64,000 bases of DNA from a virus (taxonomy: Duplodnaviria; Caudoviricetes), in the IMG/VR virus record IMGVR_UViG_3300042935_001404; one strand, 5' to 3'. Shown piece after piece: positions 52,577-61,059 of this stretch; position 1 is the first letter of the stretch; every line of letters starts with the position of its first letter. The notes under the pieces were generated by a model. The model was not told the DNA's origin. It worked only from the letters and a program-made list of their open reading frames with translations, and did not search any database. The translations under genes were made by a program, and so were the position numbers.

Positions 52577-53513
52577 ACCATGCCCAAGCGTGTTGAATCA
52601 TATCATCTAAGCTATGCGATTGCCATGCACCGGCCACCGCATTAAACTTATCTGCACTGGCAGTGAGCATGGGAGGGTCACCCACACGTTGTTCACCTAC
52701 TGTGACCGTTAATGTCTTGTTGGTAATGCGTTCAGCAGCCGCAATGATTTCGCGATTGCTGGTGCCCATGTTTGATCCAAGATTGTAAATGCCTGCAGGA
52801 ATTGTTTGATCCAACGCCAACACATGAGCCCGAGCAATATCATCCACGTGTACATAGTCACGAATGCATGTTCCGTCTGGCGTGGGATAGTTGTCACCGT
52901 ATAGTGTAAACTCTTGATTGTCACGAATGCTTTCTAACACACGAGCAATGATGTGTGTGGCACCGGGCTCTTGTCCATGACGCCCTCGGGGATCTGCACC
53001 ACAGGCGTTGAAGTAACGAAACGAAACATAGTCAAGCCCATATGCTCGATGGTACGATTCCAACATCATGTCAATCATCAGTTTACTTTCGCCATACGGG
53101 CTAACTGGCTCAGTGGGATCAACTTCGTCACACGGGACCATCACAGGTTCGCCGTATGTGGCCGCACTGGAACTAAAGATAAACCTAGTTTGAGGCATGG
53201 CTCGTGTTATGAAAGTAATCAACTCCAGTGTTTTGGCCACATTGTTAAAGTAGTATTCACTTGGATTCTTAATACTAGGACCAACCAAGCTGGTTCCTGC
53301 ACAGTGTACAATAGCATCAGGTCGTACGTTTAATAACTTTTTAAATGCAGTATCACTGTCAAAGTCTGCCAGTACAAAACTATCAAGCAGACCTTTTTGA
53401 TGTTTTTGTAAAGGTCTGCGATCGATGCCCACAACTGTATGCCCTGCGTCTTTTAACTGCAAGGCAACTTGTCCACCAATGTATCCAGCAACGCCTGTGA
53501 CTACTGTGTTCAT
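52566..53513 (-). CDS. galE: UDP-glucose 4-epimerase
   Basis: GVAGYIGG, VGPS, FSSSAATYG, YGESK, RYFNACGADP, DGTCIRDYVHV. Confidence 0.92.
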   Translation of the reverse strand: MNTVVTGVAGYIGGQVALQLKDAGHTVVGIDRRPLQKHQKGLLDSFVLADFDSDTAFKKLLNVRPDAIVHCAGTSLVGPSIKNPSEYYFNNVAKTLELITFITRAMPQTRFIFSSSAATYGEPVMVPCDEVDPTEPVSPYGESKLMIDMMLESYHRAYGLDYVSFRYFNACGADPRGRHGQEPGATHIIARVLESIRDNQEFTLYGDNYPTPDGTCIRDYVHVDDIARAHVLALDQTIPAGIYNLGSNMGTSNREIIAAAERITNKTLTVTVGEQRVGDPPMLTASADKFNAVAGAWQSHSLDDMIQHAWAWYVR

Positions 53514-54712
53514 TCTTCGATTCTTCTCACTTGGTACTTCTCATGTGCAGTATGATCACGATAGCGATTGCCTGCACGATTCCATTGCTCGCCTTGTCCA
53601 GTCATAATATCAATCACTCGATCAATAGTGCCGTTGTTCCAGTCTGAGATCAAGCCCATGTTGTGATGTGGTTCACGCAATAGGTTTTGCATCTTGTGAT
53701 AGGCATCATCTATGCTCCAAGGCACGTAGAGCCTATTAGGGTCATTAGCGAATGTTTCGGGGAAACTACGATAAGCAGGATATAACACATTACACCCAAG
53801 AGTATCGGCTTCAGAAACAGTGTTAGATACCCAGTCTTGTAAAGCACAATTGAATAGCACCCGAGTATCATTAACAAGATTATAGTAGTCATTTTTGCTT
53901 AGATTATCATAAATTTTTAACTTGCCTTCTTGCTCGTACATTCTAGCACGTTCAAGATACTTGGGATTGTTACTGCGCAATGGACCACCAGAGAAGATGG
54001 CAAACTCGCACGGTTCTTTGGTCATGTATCCATACATTTCAATCAAGTCCATGTAGAAGTCAGGTTGCTTCTCTTGGTCAAACCGTGCGGCAAAGCCTAC
54101 ACGACGTTTGCGTTCGCCAAATGGTCGGATATTCTCTGCACCACCAATTCGCTCTAGCACTTCTTCTTTGCCAAATGCTAGGCCACTAATATTATATATA
54201 GGAGCACGCCATCCAGCAATGCGCATATGAGCAACCATCTCTTCGTTTGTGGCGAGAACTCCTGTAACGAACTCATTAACCATGTGTTCGTAGAGTCCCA
54301 TCCACTTTGCCATACCCCATACATGTACGAAATCATCAGGATCAATGGACTGAGCAAGACAGCGCACATATACCCTGGGACGCTGATCAGCAGGAATTTG
54401 ATCAAATATATATGGTAAGCTCTCAATGCCTGGTTGAAACATGTCCTCAAAGTAGATAACATCTTCACTTGTAACTTCTCCTTTGCGCATCATTTGAACC
54501 AAGTTCATCATCTGGCTCATGCTGAAATAACTGCGACCATGTGCGTCTAGCACTTGTCCTACAGAGATTGCCTGTGAGTTGTCAATGGTTGTGCCAGGAA
54601 CATAAACTACATCAAGCCCACGTCTATCAAACACACGCCGGTTCCACTCTGTAAGTTGTAGTGTATAGCGAGCCTCGTAACTCTCGAGACCCATGTAGAA
54701 TAGTTTTCTCAT
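53510..54712 (-). CDS. GT-B (GT4-like) glycosyltransferase within the deazaguanine gene cluster
   Basis: FAARFDQEKQP, FNCALQDWVSNTVSEADTLGC, PAYRSFPE. Confidence 0.7.
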   Translation of the reverse strand: MRKLFYMGLESYEARYTLQLTEWNRRVFDRRGLDVVYVPGTTIDNSQAISVGQVLDAHGRSYFSMSQMMNLVQMMRKGEVTSEDVIYFEDMFQPGIESLPYIFDQIPADQRPRVYVRCLAQSIDPDDFVHVWGMAKWMGLYEHMVNEFVTGVLATNEEMVAHMRIAGWRAPIYNISGLAFGKEEVLERIGGAENIRPFGERKRRVGFAARFDQEKQPDFYMDLIEMYGYMTKEPCEFAIFSGGPLRSNNPKYLERARMYEQEGKLKIYDNLSKNDYYNLVNDTRVLFNCALQDWVSNTVSEADTLGCNVLYPAYRSFPETFANDPNRLYVPWSIDDAYHKMQNLLREPHHNMGLISDWNNGTIDRVIDIMTGQGEQWNRAGNRYRDHTAHEKYQVRRIEE

Positions 54713-54713
54713 G

Positions 54714-54935
54714 TTAGATATTTCTATTCAAACGACGAGCGTCCTCTGCCCACATGTCACGAGCATTTTTGCCCTGTGAGTACTTGTTGTATTGTTGCCA
54801 TGCATAACTCTTGAAGTTATACAGGTCTGCTTCGTTGAAGCGATATCCAAAATCGCGACAGAAGTCTAGAAAGTGATCCAGCTCATCCTGTGCGGCCTGG
54901 GCCTTGGGGTTAGAATATACTGCTTGTTTACCCAT
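54714..54935 (-). CDS. Small hypothetical protein
   Basis: AAGGA SD, operonic. Confidence 0.7.
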   Translation of the reverse strand: MGKQAVYSNPKAQAAQDELDHFLDFCRDFGYRFNEADLYNFKSYAWQQYNKYSQGKNARDMWAEDARRLNRNI

Positions 54936-54946
54936 GGTAGTTCCTT

Positions 54947-55399
54947 TTAAATTTTAATGTTAAGATTGGGACGAGAAATTTCATATTTGATCAAAGCGCC
55001 GTTCTCGCCATCCTCGGCCACTTCAATCCACACTGCACGGTCAGGATACCGAGCGGCAATTTGTAAGTACAGATCATCGCTGATCATTTCACAACTCTTA
55101 AAGTTCAGTTCCAGTGTTCCGCCTGCGTAGAGATTCTCTAGCCAGCGTTTAAACTGAATAAATTCAATGTCACGATCGTTGTGAAATACATTAATCCAAA
55201 CACGGAAATGAAAGATATGTCTATGCGGCACGCCAAGAAAGCTGACATCATACTCGTCACCTGTGGCCAATGCAGGATCATCTGCGGCAGCCGGATACTT
55301 GTGGATGCCTTCTTTGCGGAATGTGATCCAGATTTTTCTTTCTGCCTGGTTCATGATTCTAATAGATTGTTCTACCAGTGCCTGTTCTCTTTGTGTCAT
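54947..55399 (-). CDS. Second QueD-like T-fold protein
   Basis: EGIHKYP, HRHIFHF, DRDIEF, SCEMI, IEVAEDGENGA. Confidence 0.75.
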   Translation of the reverse strand: MTQREQALVEQSIRIMNQAERKIWITFRKEGIHKYPAAADDPALATGDEYDVSFLGVPHRHIFHFRVWINVFHNDRDIEFIQFKRWLENLYAGGTLELNFKSCEMISDDLYLQIAARYPDRAVWIEVAEDGENGALIKYEISRPNLNIKI

Positions 55400-56529
55400 A
55401 AATTACTCTCTATAGATTTATATACGTCGGGGAAAAGTTGTCTACTATTTAGATTTCTGCGATCATCAATGTTTTTTAATGCGTCAACAAATGTTACACT
55501 AATTTGTTCAGTATTTGCAAGACTTTTGACAACATTTTGATAACCAGTTATATTGGAATAATCTTTTTGTTGCATACGCTCAATCACTTGATTTCGGTAC
55601 TCAACACTTAGACCTTGAGGATCAAATGGTCCAGGACCTGTACCGTTATGGTATACTGTTAATGAAGCTGTTTGGAGTCGGAATCCTTGATCACGTAACC
55701 AATCAATTGTGTTCCAAACTGACATTGCATTCAAAGAGAGAAAAACCATATTAAACGAAATACAATGTAACGGAACGTCACGTTTGAGTTGCAAAAGATT
55801 ATTTTCAAACTCTGTCCATTTGCCCGGCCAACGCAGGTACTCGTATTCGACACCAGTAGCATCAAAACTAACCAACCATCTTACATTAGTCATGTTAATC
55901 AAACGTTGGTAAATCTTAGTATCGGTATTCAGTAAATTTGTATTAATTAAAAGTTTACAATCAGGATTGCGAACAGCAAGTTCATCAAGTAATAGTTCGT
56001 TTTCCTTCATTAGCAGCGGTTCGCCGCCAGCTAAGTACACTTCTTTTAAAGATTCTACGTTGTCTAGCACGTATTTCAAAAAATTGTTTTTGTCTCTGCG
56101 CTCAATTTTAATAGTGCGCCCAAGTTCTTGTGCCCACAGCGAACTAACAGTAGGATGACAATACACACAGGCCAGGTTACAAGTATTACTCCATCGTGCA
56201 TCTAAATACCTAAGATCAAACGTCCCAACTTGATATATAGAATCATCCTTGTTAGGAAAATTCTGTAGCATGTTTACTTGCAGGGTATTTAGTCCGCCAT
56301 CTATTCCGCCATGACACCAAGCACAACCAGGCACAACCTGATCGTTCAACATACTACGTTGAATGTTAATATTGGTTGGACCAGTTAGCATTTCCGCAAC
56401 CGAATCAACTTCATCTAAATTGCCAAGATTGTTGCGGCCAACACAACAGTTATCTACTCGTCCACTAGGTTCAACATAGACACTAATCCATGGCGCCGGA
56501 CAAAAATTCTTATTGCCGGGATCGATCAT
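55396..56529 (-). CDS. Radical SAM protein with SPASM/Twitch domain
   Basis: FCPAPW, CAWC, SNTCNLACVYC, YLAGGEPLL, INTN. Confidence 0.88.
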   Translation of the reverse strand: MIDPGNKNFCPAPWISVYVEPSGRVDNCCVGRNNLGNLDEVDSVAEMLTGPTNINIQRSMLNDQVVPGCAWCHGGIDGGLNTLQVNMLQNFPNKDDSIYQVGTFDLRYLDARWSNTCNLACVYCHPTVSSLWAQELGRTIKIERRDKNNFLKYVLDNVESLKEVYLAGGEPLLMKENELLLDELAVRNPDCKLLINTNLLNTDTKIYQRLINMTNVRWLVSFDATGVEYEYLRWPGKWTEFENNLLQLKRDVPLHCISFNMVFLSLNAMSVWNTIDWLRDQGFRLQTASLTVYHNGTGPGPFDPQGLSVEYRNQVIERMQQKDYSNITGYQNVVKSLANTEQISVTFVDALKNIDDRRNLNSRQLFPDVYKSIESNL

Positions 56530-57065
56530 AATTTCTCGTCCTTTGTGTATTTAGACCATGGAGTGAATTTGTTTCGATTTTGTAATGTGTGTAGGCTATG
56601 GCACCAAACACCAGGGTTGGTTGCCGCAAAGTCTCGATCGTCTATTTTAAGTGTGGTATTATACCCCAGCAGACGGATGTAAGGAAGTTTTACAGAGATC
56701 ATTGGAATAAAGTTATTGTGCTCGCACAATCCACCTTCAAGCAATCCCTCAACACACTTGATATCAATGTCTAGTGTGCATAGATGTCCTTTGTTTAAAA
56801 AATGTTGGATCATCTGTTCCCAGGGAGACCAAAACACAGAATCATTGGTTTGTATGCTAGAAGGAAAACTCTGATTGGCACCAAAATAAATGTGCTCAAT
56901 GTGTTGTGTTGCATCTTCATACAAGGCAAAGTCATCTAGCCAATCTTGAATTTCACTGACTGGCTGTAACCCCACTACAAACAATGTTTTCTTACCAAAT
57001 GCTGGAGTATGTTCTACTTCTGTGCCTGTGAAAAACTTAACATTTTCGTGGCCTGCTCGGTTCAT
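56526..57065 (-). CDS. Hypothetical protein adjacent to the DpdA-like gene
   Basis: FFTGTEVEHTPAFG...HIYFGANQS...NPGVWCHSL; operonic. Confidence 0.75.
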   Translation of the reverse strand: MNRAGHENVKFFTGTEVEHTPAFGKKTLFVVGLQPVSEIQDWLDDFALYEDATQHIEHIYFGANQSFPSSIQTNDSVFWSPWEQMIQHFLNKGHLCTLDIDIKCVEGLLEGGLCEHNNFIPMISVKLPYIRLLGYNTTLKIDDRDFAATNPGVWCHSLHTLQNRNKFTPWSKYTKDEKL

Positions 57066-58630
57066 TTAGATTGTTCCTGTTCAAGTTTATCCAAATTGTC
57101 TACAGACAATTCCTCTTCATCTGATTGTACACTATCTTCGGTATCTGTGTCAACAGTTTCGAACAGGCTGTTGAATTGAGTGTGTGCGTTCTTGGCTTTT
57201 TTGCCTTTGAACCCACGTGTGCCCACAATGTCCATCCAATAACGATCGTAGGATTCAATAATGGCTTCTGCTTCGGCACGATCAGCAGTGGCAAAGATTG
57301 CTTCTACAATGTCCTCAAACTTGGTATGGTCACCGCATGTGTCCCACATCATTCGAGGCCTATTGCCAGCATCAAATTCACGATTGGCACGTTGTACAGA
57401 CTCTAAGTGTAACCAAACATTATGGCCCATTAGCAAAGCATACGAGAAACTGTCCCAACTGGTTTTGCCTTCCTTACCAATCTTATTTAGGTCACCTGGC
57501 TTGTAATAGCAAATATCTTTCATTTGTAAATGCTGACTGATAGGACTGTCTTCAAATGTATCAACCAATCCATCTGCCACAACACCTTGACTGAATGGGC
57601 GTGTGTCTGCGGCATATTTCTTGTCATCCACAATGGGGTTCATTCTGTAACTCCACTTGCCGTTGTGTGGCAACACAATCTCGTGGTACACTTGTCCGTT
57701 GGCTGTGGCAAGGAATGGGCTGGCACAATCAAAGGAAATAGTAAATTGTGGATTCACATACTTTCTAACAGCCCTTTGAATCACGGTGAGTAACACAGCC
57801 CATTCCAACTTGCTTGTGCCCAAGAAATGCATCCAATCATGAACACCCGGTTGCAACAAGTTATCATGACGCAGTGCTACCAATCGTCGTAGCACCAAAT
57901 GCACATCGCACATGTTCTGACCACCCATTGACCACCCATTAAAGTGTGTGTCGGGATATTTTATCGGATCACAGTACTCTTTCATCATGTCATACCAGCG
58001 ATCTGCATCAGCATGATTGGCACCTTGCAACACATTCAAGAATTTGGCACCACCATTCTTAACACCTTTACGATGCTTCATAAAGTAATCGTTGTTGAAC
58101 TTGGTAGCGTCAACTGCTTCTTGCAGTGTGGTAATTTGACAAGCCGCCGATGCTTTCTTGTCATGAATGACCCAGGTTGGAATATCTAGGATCATGCCAT
58201 AGTCAGACACACCGTCTAACCATTTAAGCACAGCGTCACGTTTCTTTTGTGCTTTGGCACAGCCTGAGTTGGCTTTCCAATCGCCTTCCCATAAGCCTTT
58301 AGCAATCTGGAATCCACCTGAGTCGCCTAATATTACAGTGCCAGGTTCTCGATTACGAACCATGTCCTCTGACCAGTCCTGCTTGGTCAAATCCAAATTA
58401 GCATGACCACCGGAGTACAAACTCCACCGATATGGGAACAGACCCGTTTGACTGTTGAGCCAATTCATCTGTTCCATGTCCGGCATGCCCTGTGGCATAC
58501 GTGCAGGTTCTATGTATGGCCCATTAACTGGGTCACGTTGCTTGCCTATGAACGTGGCATAGAATCCTGAAATGGCAGGCAAGAACACAGCATAGTCATT
58601 CTGTTTGGCAGTTAAGTTATCTTGCGTCAT
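57062..58630 (-). CDS. dpdA: TGT-fold guanine transglycosylase, probable DNA 7-deazaguanine-inserting DpdA
   Basis: ILGDSGGFQIAKG, MILDIP, LNVLQG, HFLG, SFDCASP; co-located with folE/queD/queE and replication genes. Confidence 0.75.
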   Translation of the reverse strand: MTQDNLTAKQNDYAVFLPAISGFYATFIGKQRDPVNGPYIEPARMPQGMPDMEQMNWLNSQTGLFPYRWSLYSGGHANLDLTKQDWSEDMVRNREPGTVILGDSGGFQIAKGLWEGDWKANSGCAKAQKKRDAVLKWLDGVSDYGMILDIPTWVIHDKKASAACQITTLQEAVDATKFNNDYFMKHRKGVKNGGAKFLNVLQGANHADADRWYDMMKEYCDPIKYPDTHFNGWSMGGQNMCDVHLVLRRLVALRHDNLLQPGVHDWMHFLGTSKLEWAVLLTVIQRAVRKYVNPQFTISFDCASPFLATANGQVYHEIVLPHNGKWSYRMNPIVDDKKYAADTRPFSQGVVADGLVDTFEDSPISQHLQMKDICYYKPGDLNKIGKEGKTSWDSFSYALLMGHNVWLHLESVQRANREFDAGNRPRMMWDTCGDHTKFEDIVEAIFATADRAEAEAIIESYDRYWMDIVGTRGFKGKKAKNAHTQFNSLFETVDTDTEDSVQSDEEELSVDNLDKLEQEQSK

Positions 58631-59318
58631 AAAATTTCACTGACTCTATTAGATCGTAATCTATTTTATAGTATTCTTTGAGGTGGACCATATGTGTTGG
58701 ACAGGTATTTAGATGTTCGGTAAGCATATCTTTTATTTGTTGTTGCGTCCAGCCAACAACTGTTTTAGATTTATCATACCATCCTGGAAATTGGTTAGCT
58801 TTTCCTAATGCAGATATATTGTATGGATTATGAATATCTGTATGCCATTTTGATTGTTTCCTAGGAACGATTTTATCAACCGCCCAGTGATTCCATGTTT
58901 CGGACAAAAAATTATCACAATTAAACCATACAGTTCGTGCATGATCTATATTGTCTAAAAACATGGTTTGTGGTGCTGTGTGTTCGTCAAACACTATATG
59001 ATCAAATATATCATTGAATCCTATATTTAGAAAAAAATGAGGATTCTCCGGAGAGCAGCCAACAAAGGCCTGCGCCGCACCTGAGATCCATCGGTCTATC
59101 GGATCTTTAAGCACAACCACATACGTAGCATCATCAATGGGATCTTTAATATAATTAATATTATTTCCATTAAATTTGTCTTTCATCCAAGTACTAGCAT
59201 TTTTTGGAATGTTTATATATATGTAATTTTTATTATTGACTCCAAGATGATGTATCCCTTTACCCCGGCCGTTCCAATCGGTAATTTTCCAACCAAGAGA
59301 AAGAAGAGGATTACCCAT
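58617..59318 (-). CDS. Sulfotransferase family 2-like protein
   Basis: YINIPKNASTW (PAPS loop), LKDPIDRWISG, DEHTAPQ, YKIDY. Confidence 0.75.
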   Translation of the reverse strand: MGNPLLSLGWKITDWNGRGKGIHHLGVNNKNYIYINIPKNASTWMKDKFNGNNINYIKDPIDDATYVVVLKDPIDRWISGAAQAFVGCSPENPHFFLNIGFNDIFDHIVFDEHTAPQTMFLDNIDHARTVWFNCDNFLSETWNHWAVDKIVPRKQSKWHTDIHNPYNISALGKANQFPGWYDKSKTVVGWTQQQIKDMLTEHLNTCPTHMVHLKEYYKIDYDLIESVKFYDAR

Positions 59319-60040
59319 TACTTGCTCTGTGCAGGTAAGATGTAGTTGTAAACAGCAAGACCAGAGTCAACTGTGATCATTGCGGCACCATCATCGCTGA
59401 TCTTGACAACTTTGTCGCCTGTTAAATCCATGATAGAAATAAATGTCTTGATGGGCCATGACCACGCACGTTTCAATTGACCAGTGATGCCTGGTTGGAA
59501 CACAAAGTTGCCTGCGTGTGTTGAATGGTCACCAAAGAAAAACATTAAATTGCCATTTTCTGTTTTTGCTTGGAAGTTTGTTTCTTCACTGTTGGCCTGT
59601 GCCTGCATTTTTAAACGCATGACGCTGGCATTGGTTGGCTCAAACTCAATGTGCCAGTTGACACCTTTGAACTTGACAGTTTTAAGTTTCTCATTCACAA
59701 TCTCACTGGCCATAAAGCGATAACTGTTTTTAAAGTCACCTAACTTGTTTTCAAAGTTAATGCCGTCGGGCTCGCCGGTACTACGCCGTGTGATGCTGAG
59801 TTTGGCATCTTCACGATACTCTTGCAAGTTCAACAAGATTTTTAGTTTGCTCAAGTTAGGCATGCCGAAGTTGCCAACGAAGTCTGGAACTGGATTGGCA
59901 AACTTGCCCTCAACTACTACAGACCTGTCTTCTGCCAGCCCAGAAATAACTGTGTCTTCTTCTGTGCCTGTAATTTTTACCAAATCGATTACACCCAAAT
60001 CAAGTGTGTGTTCGACTAAGTCTAATAAATGATCTCTCAT
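59318..60040 (-). CDS. DNA polymerase sliding clamp (T4 gp45-like)
   Basis: 240 aa, two-domain beta-rich pattern, C-terminal YNYILPAQ, close to the polymerase. Confidence 0.75.
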   Translation of the reverse strand: MRDHLLDLVEHTLDLGVIDLVKITGTEEDTVISGLAEDRSVVVEGKFANPVPDFVGNFGMPNLSKLKILLNLQEYREDAKLSITRRSTGEPDGINFENKLGDFKNSYRFMASEIVNEKLKTVKFKGVNWHIEFEPTNASVMRLKMQAQANSEETNFQAKTENGNLMFFFGDHSTHAGNFVFQPGITGQLKRAWSWPIKTFISIMDLTGDKVVKISDDGAAMITVDSGLAVYNYILPAQSK

Positions 60041-60090
60041 GTTTAATTCTCCTATTGTGTATTGTATATGGTTTATTTAGATTTTGCAAG

Positions 60091-61056
60091 TTATTTGTTA
60101 ACTATTTTTGCCAAAGTCTGTCCACCACGGATGCTTTCAAGCTCGCCAGGTTTACGCAGTTCTAGCCAGGTTAGATTGCCCATGTCTGTCCAACTGAACA
60201 TTTGTCGGTATCCAATTGATTTTGCAATTGCTTTTACTCGGTTTCCCGGAGTATAGAAACAGAAATTCTTTTCAACCAACGCAACACAATGTGCTCGGTC
60301 GCAGTCGTTGAATGTCATTGCCAATATACCACCTGGGCGTAGTTTATTAAAGATGTTTCGTAAGTATTGCTCCACCACTTCGAGTGGGGTAAACTCAAAA
60401 AAGTTAAATGCAAGACACATGCCAAATTGATTGTCTGGCAGTGCGTCTAGCACGTTGGTTGAGCATGGGTTTTGTTCGTATACTCGCAGTCTGCGTTGGT
60501 ACTCTTCTGGAAAAGTACTCAATGCTGGCTGCAATAGTTCCGCGCTGTAGTCAACAAGGTATAGAGGATCCAGTGCTACCAAGTCACTTATAAATGTTTC
60601 AACTCCGGGGCGAATAATTAGGCCAGGATATTTCCAATCAACATAGCTCTTAATGCGGTTAGAAATCATTTGTTGAACGTCTGCAGTCATTGGCATGCGA
60701 CGATCTAGAATTTGTTGATTGACCTTTTTATTAGTAGGCTCGTCAAGTCGACCATACCGTGCTACCGCTTCATTGTATAACCTGGTGCTTTCGGCATACT
60801 GTGTTTTTTCAGCCGTCTCAATCATGCTGTCTAGTTCGCTTATTAATTCAACCAGTGTAGAACTAAAATGATCAAAAGCAGTTATTACACGAGTTTGATC
60901 TTCCTGCAGAGTTTGTGTAAATGCACGTGGCTGTATCACACTGTTCTGTACATTATACACAATTTCTTCTAGCTTATGCCGTGCAGTATATTGGATGGTG
61001 TTAACATCAAACTCTGACAAATGATTGCGGTATGCAACTAATTCACTAAGTTTCAT
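60091..61056 (-). CDS. Hypothetical protein with C-terminal methyltransferase-like domain
   Basis: FNFFEF...KLRPGGILAMTFND. Confidence 0.6.
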   Translation of the reverse strand: MKLSELVAYRNHLSEFDVNTIQYTARHKLEEIVYNVQNSVIQPRAFTQTLQEDQTRVITAFDHFSSTLVELISELDSMIETAEKTQYAESTRLYNEAVARYGRLDEPTNKKVNQQILDRRMPMTADVQQMISNRIKSYVDWKYPGLIIRPGVETFISDLVALDPLYLVDYSAELLQPALSTFPEEYQRRLRVYEQNPCSTNVLDALPDNQFGMCLAFNFFEFTPLEVVEQYLRNIFNKLRPGGILAMTFNDCDRAHCVALVEKNFCFYTPGNRVKAIAKSIGYRQMFSWTDMGNLTWLELRKPGELESIRGGQTLAKIVNK

Positions 61057-61059
61057 AGA

